Notes: generated from the letters alone by a model not told the origin. Counted from the first letter of the stretch, positions 1-6,442 are shown. The stretch is 14,008 nucleotides of DNA from Bacillota bacterium (GCA_050942765.1 JBMNNY010000045.1:1-14008), one strand, 5' to 3'. Translations and numbers: made by a program.

Positions 1-174
1 CATTCTCTCCCTAAGCTGAATCCACTGCTCATACCGGTCCTGAGCTTCCTGACTAATGTCAATCTCCCCGACACGCGTTGGCTTCATGACTTTCAGTTCC
101 TCCGGTTTGACAGGCAGGCTTACAGAAACTAGGAAGACCAGTACCGCAAAGAAAGGCAAAATTAAACGTTTCAT
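1..174 (-). CDS. Hypothetical small exported protein; only the N-terminal 58 aa are present because the ORF runs off the window edge
   Basis: I translated this by hand; it is not in the ORF track because it is under 60 aa and has no stop in the window. ATG at 172-174 is preceded by AGGAGGGG about 9-11 nt upstream. It starts 22 nt after the thiF-like stop. The translation is MKRLILPFFAVLVFLVSVSLPVKPEELKVMKPTRVGEIDISQEAQDRYEQWIQLRERM... The frame is open to position 1. The N-terminus looks like a Sec signal peptide (MKR followed by a hydrophobic core). Confidence 0.4.
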   Translation of the reverse strand, partial: MKRLILPFFAVLVFLVSVSLPVKPEELKVMKPTRVGEIDISQEAQDRYEQWIQLRERM

Positions 175-196
175 AGGCTCTTTCCCCTCCTATTCC

Positions 197-1060
197 CTAA
201 TCGCGGATGCATACCGGACACGCCGGATCCTGCTTAACCGCCAGCTCATCCCAGCGCATATCCAGGGCGTTGAACGTCAGTAGTCTGCCAATTAAAGATG
301 TCCCCGCACCCAAGAGGATTTTAATGGCCTCAGTAGCCTCCAGACTGCCAATGATGCCGGGAGTGATCCCGATCACAGGGGTTACCCCTCTCCCCTCTTC
401 ATGCTGCCTCTCTGTCTCCCTTTCTAACTCGTCCGCGCCATGCTGCCCATCAGTATCATGCGGCTTATCGGCGCCATGTTGTTCTTCCGCTTTCTGCCGC
501 GCCTCAGCACCCTGCTGCTTGCCCTCAGACGCCGCTTCCGCGTCCGGATTGGGCAGCAGGCACCGCAGACAAGGTCCCTTTCCTGGCAAAATAGTCATGA
601 TCTGTCCGTAGAAGGAGTGCACTGCGCCATAAATCAGAGGCACTCCTGCCTGCACAGCCGCGCTGTTAATCAGCAGGCGCGTCTGGTTATTGTCTGTGGC
701 ATCAATCACTACATCGCATTCGTCCCTACTCAGATATTGCCCGGCATTCTCAGCTGTCAGACGCAGCACTAGCCCCCGGACTTCGATCTCTGGATTAAAG
801 CGCTGCAATCTTTCCGCCAGCAGCAAGGCTTTACTGGAACCAAGCTGCTGCGGATCATAGAGCACCTGCCGGTTCAAATTGCTCATTGAAACTGTATCAG
901 AATCGATAATTGTGATCCGGCCAACCCCGGCTGCCGCTAAATAAAGAGAAGCCGGAGTCCCAAGACCTCCGGCACCTACAATTGTTACTCTACTTTGTTG
1001 CAGCCTGGCCTGGCCCTCTGGACCAATTTCAGGAATCGGCAATTGCCTGCTGTAACGCAT
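197..1060 (-). CDS. ThiF/MoeB/HesA-family E1-like adenylyltransferase with a large charged insertion in the crossover loop
   Basis: The 287-aa product has an RYSRQ N-terminal motif and a Rossmann nucleotide loop (IVGAGGLGTP). It also has IIDSDTVSMSNLNRQ and two CxxC zinc motifs (CLRC at residues 164-167, CPVC at 281-284), as in MoeB/ThiF. GIIGSLEATEAIKILLG matches the conserved helix that follows the crossover loop. The ATG at 1058-1060 directly abuts the TAA (1061-1063) of the upstream gene. Confidence 0.85.
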   Translation of the reverse strand: MRYSRQLPIPEIGPEGQARLQQSRVTIVGAGGLGTPASLYLAAAGVGRITIIDSDTVSMSNLNRQVLYDPQQLGSSKALLLAERLQRFNPEIEVRGLVLRLTAENAGQYLSRDECDVVIDATDNNQTRLLINSAAVQAGVPLIYGAVHSFYGQIMTILPGKGPCLRCLLPNPDAEAASEGKQQGAEARQKAEEQHGADKPHDTDGQHGADELERETERQHEEGRGVTPVIGITPGIIGSLEATEAIKILLGAGTSLIGRLLTFNALDMRWDELAVKQDPACPVCIRD

Positions 1061-2047
1061 TTACTGGTCTGTCCCTTCTGCATCGGATCCATCATTTCCG
1101 GATTCTTCTCCAGACCCGCCTGCGTCAGAACCGGATTCTGTGACATCGTCCTCTGCGGCATCCCCGTCCTCAGATTCACCAGATTCCTTATCGCCAGCCT
1201 CGGCACCAGCCGCGTCTTCACCGGCCTCGGATTGTTCAGTCCCTTCCTCGGCCCCTTCCGCCTCAGTCTCTTCCTTAGTCCCTTCCGCCGCTTCTGCTCC
1301 TTCCGCTGCTTCAGATCCCTCGGATCCTTCCTTGGCCGTCTCTTCCTCTTCATCCTCAGCTTCATCAATTTCGAAGAACAGCTCAATACTGCCGGTGGCC
1401 TCAAATTTCTTTTCTTTCATGGTGACTTCCACCCGCTCCGCTTTGAGCTCGTCTTTTTCGCGCACCAGATGGACCGTGCCGGTCATTAGCAAAATCTCGG
1501 TATTTTCATTAAAATCGATCTGCAGGCAGGTGGCTGTAAAATCTGTATGTATCAGCTTCGTGTTTCCCTGAGCGGAAAATGTGCGTTTGTTGGTATTAGC
1601 CACCAGTTTATCACAGGTTAAATCGACTTTTTCCTTTGATATTTTGCCGTCCGCATCTTTCTCTTCATCACGAATTAGTGATACGTTTCCCGTAAAGGTG
1701 CCTTTCTCGTTTTTCAGGTCCATTTGCAGTGAATCGGCTTTGATGGTAATGCCTTTGTCAGTAAGCACCAGACCGCCGGTTATTTTGCCACTGTCAGTAT
1801 CTTTATCAATTTCAGCATATTGGCAGGTAATGCGTAAGTCGCCTTTGACGATTACCACATCTCCCTGAAAGTAGGTGACGCCTTTGTCCGTATCACCCCA
1901 CATTTTCAGACCGGTGGCATAAAGCTTTTCCTTCGCGGCCAGACTCGGCAGACTTGATAATACTAATGCTGCCAATGACAAAATGAGTACAGCACCAACC
2001 CGCCAAACCTTCCTATTCTCCGTCAACTTCCGGGTTCTCCTCGCCAT
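1061..2047 (-). CDS. lptA: LptA-like periplasmic OstA-domain protein (LPS transport bridge) with a 97-aa polyacidic C-terminal tail
   Basis: I place the start at ATG 2045-2047 because AGGAGG lies 9 nt upstream. The track start at 2122 and the ATG at 2071 have no Shine-Dalgarno sequence. The N-terminus MARRTRKLTENRKVWRVGAVLILSLAALVLSSLPSLAA|KEK is a signal peptide. The mature domain shows repeated OstA/LptA-type beta-jellyroll motifs (VTYFQGDVVIVKGDLRITCQYAEI, GTFTGNVSLI, FSAQGNTKLIH, LMTGTVHLV). The tail (1064-1354) is Glu/Asp/Gly/Ala/Ser-rich. Confidence 0.7.
   Translation of the reverse strand: MARRTRKLTENRKVWRVGAVLILSLAALVLSSLPSLAAKEKLYATGLKMWGDTDKGVTYFQGDVVIVKGDLRITCQYAEIDKDTDSGKITGGLVLTDKGITIKADSLQMDLKNEKGTFTGNVSLIRDEEKDADGKISKEKVDLTCDKLVANTNKRTFSAQGNTKLIHTDFTATCLQIDFNENTEILLMTGTVHLVREKDELKAERVEVTMKEKKFEATGSIELFFEIDEAEDEEEETAKEGSEGSEAAEGAEAAEGTKEETEAEGAEEGTEQSEAGEDAAGAEAGDKESGESEDGDAAEDDVTESGSDAGGSGEESGNDGSDAEGTDQ
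1281..1316 (-). repeat. In-frame 18-nt tandem repeat (2 units) inside the acidic tail coding region
   Basis: On the plus strand, ccttccgccgcttctgct (1281-1298) is followed by ccttccgctgcttcagat (1299-1316), matching at 15 of 18 positions. It encodes the ...SEAAEGAEAAEGT... part of the tail. Confidence 0.7.
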
Positions 2048-2714
2048 CTTCCGAGTCCTCCTCTGCTTCATCGATCTCAAGTTCCAGTGTAAATGGCCCT
2101 GGAACAACGAATTCTCCATCATTCAAAGCTTTAGTAATATACTCGGCCATAACAATTCCCTTTGAGCCCTGATCCAGGATAACTCCATTATAGAAGCGCG
2201 CTTCTTCTGCCTGCAGGTTAACCTCCATGCCACCGGCTTGCAGTTGATACCCTTCGCCGATAACAGTCACAGGCACGGTGACTTTAAGCACTTCGCTCAT
2301 AATGTTCCAGGAAGCCGCCTCCGTATAAATGGTTCCTTCCGGAAAGACAGCTTTCAGATTACCGGTGAGCTTGATCTCATCCAGCTTTGGATCATGGACT
2401 GCCAGGTCAGCTGTAAAAGAAATGTATGGCTCGCCATCACGATAAATACTGCCTTCATGTAAATTATGAAAAGTAGTTGGACCGCCGTCCAGGTTTTGCT
2501 CGACGCGGTCGGCGCTAAAATGCCAGAACGGCTTACCGTCCCTGCGGCCGGCAATTTTGGCCCCGCTAATATTCATTGTTTTAGGCGGCGTTGGCTGTCG
2601 TGTGGCATTTTGCTCGCGCCGTTGCTGATTTACAACGACCGCTTGTGCGCCAAGCCATAGGGTTATGCCCAGTATGACCAGGACAAGTAAAATCGCCCAT
2701 ATTGTCCGTTTCAT
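2013..2714 (-). CDS. lptC: LptC-like inner-membrane-anchored LPS transport protein with a short acidic C-terminal tail
   Basis: ATG at 2712-2714 has GGAGG 6 nt upstream. There is a single N-terminal TM helix (TIWAILLVLVILGITLWLGA) with no obvious cleavage site. It is followed by a beta-rich domain of about 170 aa with LptC-like spacing (GKPFWHFSADRVEQ..., ISFTADLAVHDPKLDEIKLTGNLKAV, YQLQAGGMEVNLQAEEARFYNGV). The gene sits immediately upstream of the lptA-like gene, as in the classical lptC-lptA arrangement. Sequence similarity is weak, so the call rests on architecture and context. Confidence 0.6.
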   Translation of the reverse strand: MKRTIWAILLVLVILGITLWLGAQAVVVNQQRREQNATRQPTPPKTMNISGAKIAGRRDGKPFWHFSADRVEQNLDGGPTTFHNLHEGSIYRDGEPYISFTADLAVHDPKLDEIKLTGNLKAVFPEGTIYTEAASWNIMSEVLKVTVPVTVIGEGYQLQAGGMEVNLQAEEARFYNGVILDQGSKGIVMAEYITKALNDGEFVVPGPFTLELEIDEAEEDSEDGEENPEVDGE

Positions 2715-2743
2715 TACATGCCTCCAGAGTAAGGCTCGTGCCG

Positions 2744-2780
2744 CTACACTACGCCATGCTATGGCTACGCTATGCTATGA
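2744..2780. repeat. Intergenic 16-nt tandem repeat (2 units plus a partial unit) between lptD and the lptC-like gene
   Basis: On the plus strand, CTACGCCATGCTATGG (2749-2764) is followed by CTACGCTATGCTATGA (2765-2780), matching at 14 of 16 positions. A partial CTACA precedes them. On the transcribed strand the array reads ATAGC ATAGC GTAGC C ATAGC ATGGC GTAGT GTAGC. Confidence 0.8.
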
Positions 2781-2797
2781 GCTAAAGTCAATCACTG

Positions 2798-5125
2798 TTA
2801 TGAGCCAAAGCCAATCTTTTTATCCGGGAAGGCTTTGAACACGAAATCAAAACGGAAGGCCTGGCTGGAAAAATCATAAGAAAGTTTGATCTCCCGGCAG
2901 TGCCAGTCATAGGTTATGCCAACACTCGCCTGCCGCAGGGTATCCAGCTCAATATTGTAATTAATATAACCTTCCAGTGTCCAAGTCTGGAAAAGTTTTA
3001 GAGCGGCAGTCAAATCTGTCTGCTCGAACACATTATCATTAGGATCATAAATTACTTTGGCCTTTAACTTCAGGAAGTCGTAATCAAGGTTGCCTTCCAG
3101 AGTAAACAGGCTGAATTTCTGCAAAGCCAGGCTATAGCTTCCGCTAAACTGCAAGTAATCTTTAGAATCAAAATTCACCCTGATGCGGGCTGCAATATCA
3201 CGGTATCTCTGATATTTAAAATCATAACCGGAAGTCAGCGAGGCTTGAATCACTTTATGCTCAACGTATACTCCGCCGGTTATACTGGCACCAATAGTTG
3301 GTTTATCAAAAGTAAACGGTGTTTCTCCCTGGGCAGCAGTCCAACTGAGAGCCGCAGTAGTCCTCAGCCATGGTAGATATCTCTGGTTCCAGGTCAACGA
3401 CGCTGTTTCAGTAAATAAGTACTCGCCGGTCCCATAATAATTGCCGCGCACCTTACCTCCCAGCGCCAGGTTAAAACCACCCTTATTCAGATTGAGAGCC
3501 AGCTTTTCGATCTCAGCATGCGTTCTGGTACTGACGACTTCGGATGGTTGTTCAATATAGCGGCTGAAACCAAGCCCGAACTTAAAATCGCCCAGCAATG
3601 GCACGGGCACTTTCGGAAACAATAGCGTAATCTCCGGCTGGCGTACGAGCGCCTTCCAGGTAGTGCTGCCCTCTACGGCATCCAGGTTGGCCTTTTCTTC
3701 AAGGAGTACTGTCAGGGAAGCAAAGTCCCATGTTTTGGCTCCCCTAATGGTATAGTCCGCCAGCCTGGTGGTCGTGAATTCTTCAGTTCCAGACTTCGGT
3801 GCCTTTAGCAGTTTGAACGAACCAAGCACTGACAGCGAATATCCGCCGGTCCATTTCAAGTTGGTATTTCCACTGGCAGTAAGATAGGTCTGCTCTGTAT
3901 TCTCATTGAACCGGTAATCAGAACTGAGACTTAGGGTTCCAAACGAGCCTTGCCCTGATAACGAGCCGCGCAGCTGATAGGTATTATAATCCTCGCGTGT
4001 GGCGGTCGCCAGGTGGTTCAAGATTCCACTGACATTCACTTTAACTTTGCCAATTTTCTGCTCGGCTCCCAGCGTAAAGCGCCAGTCGACATGTGTGTTT
4101 TGCCGGTTAAGCAATTGGTAGATGCCAATCGTACCGGTGAAGTTTTCCCCGATACGCAATTTATGATCAATACCGGTAGCCATGCCAAGCCTGTTCATCA
4201 TTTCAATCCGTACGTTACCGGAATGATTTTCATTAATCACATAGCCATAAGCGGCCTTAACAAAAAAACCTTCTGTGGCACTATAACCGAATTCCGGAAC
4301 CTGTAGGCCTTCTTCATCCTCTTTCAGGGAAATGACCAGATAAGGTAAAGAAAACAGGTGGAATTTCCCTTCAAAATATCTGACACGGTGCATTACAATC
4401 TTGTCATTAAGATAAATCTCAATTTCATCTGCTTCAATTCGGTAATGCGGATTTTCCCGATCACACGTTGTCAGCGAAGCGCTGGTCATGATATATTGAT
4501 TTTCTGCGATCGAGACGCTTTCACCGGTCATGTAGACTGAACCCACAATGCCGGGATCCGTAAAACTGCCTGACATGCCATTAATGACCCCGCTGCGGGT
4601 ATCAAGGTCGTAAATTAGCTCATCGCCTTCGGCATCCCGCTCTTTATCGTGCAATTTGACGTTACCTCTGGCAATCAAGCTATTATTATTCAGATCAACT
4701 TCCATATAATCGGCCTGCAAGTTGATTTCCTGGTATTTCAGTACGACTGTGCCGGTGGCAATAACGATTTTTTGCTCGTAGTTGTAGGAAAGATACTCTG
4801 CTACAAGATGCGCCTTGCCCTTTGTGGAAGGGGATTCTTCAGAAGGGCCTTTTGCTTCTTCCGCAGGGGCTTCTTCCGCGGGGGCTTCCTGCGTCTCTGC
4901 AGCGGTCTCCTGCTCCCCGTCCCCGGCGGGTGCCTCTTCCGGGGTGGTCTCCGTGGAGGCTTCTGTAGAAACATCCGTAGAGACTTCCGTGGCTGAAGAA
5001 CCCCCGGATGAAGTTGCTTCTTCAAAGGAGCTTCCAGCGGTACTTTCTGCAGAAGATGCCCAAACCGGCCATGCAAAAAGTAGAACCATTAGTAAGGCAC
5101 AAAAGATGCGAGTGATTGATTTCAA
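2798..5125 (-). CDS. lptD: LptD (OstA) outer-membrane LPS-assembly beta-barrel with an acidic low-complexity N-terminal extension
   Basis: TTG start at 5123-5125 has GGAGTGG upstream. The signal peptide is MKSITRIFCALLMVLLFAWPVWA|SS. An OstA_N-like jellyroll is present (LVAEYLSYNYEQKIVIATGTVVLKYQEINLQADYMEVDL...ARGNVKL...LIYDLDTRSG). The conserved junction segment is SLTTCDRENPHYRIEADEIEIY. About 500 aa of amphipathic beta-strand pattern follows, and DWHCREIKLSYD resembles the C-terminal Cys-containing strand of E. coli LptD. Confidence 0.85.
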   Translation of the reverse strand: MKSITRIFCALLMVLLFAWPVWASSAESTAGSSFEEATSSGGSSATEVSTDVSTEASTETTPEEAPAGDGEQETAAETQEAPAEEAPAEEAKGPSEESPSTKGKAHLVAEYLSYNYEQKIVIATGTVVLKYQEINLQADYMEVDLNNNSLIARGNVKLHDKERDAEGDELIYDLDTRSGVINGMSGSFTDPGIVGSVYMTGESVSIAENQYIMTSASLTTCDRENPHYRIEADEIEIYLNDKIVMHRVRYFEGKFHLFSLPYLVISLKEDEEGLQVPEFGYSATEGFFVKAAYGYVINENHSGNVRIEMMNRLGMATGIDHKLRIGENFTGTIGIYQLLNRQNTHVDWRFTLGAEQKIGKVKVNVSGILNHLATATREDYNTYQLRGSLSGQGSFGTLSLSSDYRFNENTEQTYLTASGNTNLKWTGGYSLSVLGSFKLLKAPKSGTEEFTTTRLADYTIRGAKTWDFASLTVLLEEKANLDAVEGSTTWKALVRQPEITLLFPKVPVPLLGDFKFGLGFSRYIEQPSEVVSTRTHAEIEKLALNLNKGGFNLALGGKVRGNYYGTGEYLFTETASLTWNQRYLPWLRTTAALSWTAAQGETPFTFDKPTIGASITGGVYVEHKVIQASLTSGYDFKYQRYRDIAARIRVNFDSKDYLQFSGSYSLALQKFSLFTLEGNLDYDFLKLKAKVIYDPNDNVFEQTDLTAALKLFQTWTLEGYINYNIELDTLRQASVGITYDWHCREIKLSYDFSSQAFRFDFVFKAFPDKKIGFGS
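4854..4883 (-). repeat. In-frame 15-nt tandem repeat (2 units plus a partial unit) in the lptD N-terminal extension
   Basis: On the plus strand, gcttcttccgcaggg (4854-4868) is followed by gcttcttccgcgggg (4869-4883), matching at 14 of 15 positions. A degenerate third unit follows. It encodes ...QEAPAEEAPAEEAK... Confidence 0.75.
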
Positions 5126-5151
5126 AAATTACCACTCCAGTGTCCCAAAGG

Positions 5152-6252
5152 CTACTTGCGTTTAAAATTAATGCGCCAGCCGTTTCGGGCAAACAGATAA
5201 GCGAGCGCCGCTATCGAAAGAAATGTGATATTAGCTCCCCAGGCTGCCAGAACCGGGTTAAGAATACTATGAGTCCCAAGTGTACGGAAAACGGATTCCA
5301 GAACATAATAGAGCAATGTAAACAATGCGCTGGCTACCATTCCTAAAATACGTCCGCTGCCGGAGGCCATCAGTGAAAATGCACACCCGATGACCACCAG
5401 AACCAGCGCCGCTACCGGAGCAGCTGCTTTCAGATGATAATCAACCTTAAATACGTCGACATTAAACCCGGTTTTACTGAATAGTTCAATTTGCTCGGCC
5501 AGCTCCTTGCGTGTCATCTCGCTGGTCGTTTTCTGTTCACCAATAAAAGATGACAAATCCGCCTGCGTGTCAATAACAAGCCTGTCAAAGCTGACTTCAT
5601 TGTTGACAAAGCCTTCGGCGTCGTATTCATGACGCACGCCATTGTTCAGAACCCACTCTTCTTTGTTGATTACGGCGCTTTCCGCCATAATAGTCTGCGG
5701 ATAAGGGTGGCGCCTGACCTCAAAAATCATGACGTCATTCAGCACACCGGTTTTATTGTTGACGCTCTTGATATAGAAGATGCGATTCTCCGGGCCCCGG
5801 AAAAATATGTTCTCCTGAATAAAAGGCAAGGCATCTTCAAAGATCAGGTTTCTAACCATATTCTGATAGGCATGGTTGGCTGCCGGGACAACATTATCAC
5901 TAATCGCAAAGGTTAGTCCGCTCAGTATGACCCCGACTATCAAAATCGGAATGATCAGGCGGGTATAGCCCCAGCCGCACAACCTCATAATATCAAGTTC
6001 ACGGTCGCGGCCAAGACGGGTTAGCGTCAGCAGTGTTGCGAACAATGCCGATGCCGGAATAACCTGCGAAATTAGTTCTGGCATTTTGTAACCTGCGATA
6101 GTCAGAACGGTTGTGAAAGGAACTCGTTTGCCAATCATCAGGTCCGCCAGCTCGTAGAGAAACCCGCTTAGCATGATAATCACAAAGCCCAGTAGACAAA
6201 GGGCAAACATCTCCACATGTTCGCGCAGAATGTAGCGATGAACAATCCGCAA
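5152..6252 (-). CDS. LptF/LptG-family (YjgP/YjgQ) LPS export permease; the only copy in the window
   Basis: The architecture is 3 TM helices, a periplasmic beta-rich domain of about 130 aa, then 3 TM helices. The family-typical N-terminus RIVHRYILREH is present. I place the start at TTG 6250-6252, which has AAGGGAAGGGA 6 nt upstream. The track start at 6330 is also a TTG, has no Shine-Dalgarno sequence, lies at about the predicted transcription start, and would add 26 atypical residues. Confidence 0.85.
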   Translation of the reverse strand: MRIVHRYILREHVEMFALCLLGFVIIMLSGFLYELADLMIGKRVPFTTVLTIAGYKMPELISQVIPASALFATLLTLTRLGRDRELDIMRLCGWGYTRLIIPILIVGVILSGLTFAISDNVVPAANHAYQNMVRNLIFEDALPFIQENIFFRGPENRIFYIKSVNNKTGVLNDVMIFEVRRHPYPQTIMAESAVINKEEWVLNNGVRHEYDAEGFVNNEVSFDRLVIDTQADLSSFIGEQKTTSEMTRKELAEQIELFSKTGFNVDVFKVDYHLKAAAPVAALVLVVIGCAFSLMASGSGRILGMVASALFTLLYYVLESVFRTLGTHSILNPVLAAWGANITFLSIAALAYLFARNGWRINFKRK

Positions 6253-6333
6253 AGATTTCCCTTCCCTTCGATCACGCAGTGTTTTGGTGGTATTCACAGC
6301 TCCTGCAATCAACGGCTTTACAAAACGCAATGC

Positions 6334-6362
6334 ATTTTAGATTACACTGCAGTATGTTACAA
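6334..6362 (-). promoter_or_regulatory. Putative sigma70-type promoter for the lptF/G-lptD-lptC-lptA-thiF transcription unit
   Basis: On the minus strand the sequence reads TTGTAA (6357-6362), a 17-nt spacer, then TAAAAT (6334-6339). It sits directly downstream of a terminator and about 80 nt upstream of the proposed TTG start. Confidence 0.45.
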
Positions 6363-6404
6363 TTCGACGTTCTGCCTTTGGCTTCCTTTCGATTATGTCT
6401 GTGG

Positions 6405-6442
6405 AAAAACAGGAAATAAAAGGCCGGGTTTTACTCCCGGCC
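6405..6442 (-). terminator. Rho-independent terminator after the second skp-like gene
   Basis: The minus-strand RNA has a perfect 7-bp GC stem, GGCCGGG (loop AGUAAAA) CCCGGCC. It is followed by UUUUAUUUCCUGUUUUU. The stem begins 24 nt after the TAA stop at 6467-6469. Confidence 0.75.

Noticed and set aside
56-611. Plus-strand ORFs 56-283, 207-611 and 440-772.
   Set aside because: They are antisense to the thiF-like gene and to the small exported ORF. They show no family signatures and no Shine-Dalgarno sequence.
197-1060. The possibility that the ThiF-like gene marks a bacterial ubiquitin-like or E1-E2-JAB antiphage (Bil/CBASS-Cap2-type) or microcin C (MccB-like) system.
   Set aside because: No E2, JAB, Ubl, cyclase or precursor-peptide gene is adjacent. 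The protein has the compact MoeB/ThiF architecture with two CxxC zinc motifs and no N-terminal peptide-clamp or fused E2 domain. Its neighbours are envelope-biogenesis genes.
985-1404. A 139-aa, extremely basic (K/R-rich) minus-strand ORF overlapping the lptA-like tail and the thiF start.
   Set aside because: It is an alternate frame of the GAR-rich acidic-tail codons, which read as AGR/AAG. It has no Shine-Dalgarno sequence, it overlaps two well-supported genes, and its composition is a frame-shift mirror of the acidic tail.
995-1571. Plus-strand ORFs (995-1489 and 1140-1571) encoding Ser/Pro/Ala/Phe-rich low-complexity peptides.
   Set aside because: They are antisense shadows of the acidic tail coding region. 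There is no ribosome-binding site and no domain-like sequence, and every supported gene in the window is on the minus strand.
2048-2122. The longer LptA-like start positions (track start at 2122, ATG at 2071).
   Set aside because: Neither has a Shine-Dalgarno sequence. They would place 8-25 extra residues before the basic n-region and lengthen the overlap with the lptC-like gene. ATG 2047 has AGGAGG at 9 nt.
4649-5165. ORFs 4649-4996 (+), 4815-5165 (+) and 4801-5076 (-) overlapping the 5' end of lptD.
   Set aside because: They are alternate-frame or antisense readings of the low-complexity, repeat-containing N-terminal extension of LptD. Their compositions (R/G/F-rich, P/R/K-rich) are typical frame artefacts.
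6253-6330. A 26-aa N-terminal extension of the LptF/G permease from the TTG at 6330.
   Set aside because: No Shine-Dalgarno sequence precedes it. It lies at about the predicted transcription start, and family members normally begin right at the RYILRE motif. TTG 6252 has a purine-rich Shine-Dalgarno sequence.
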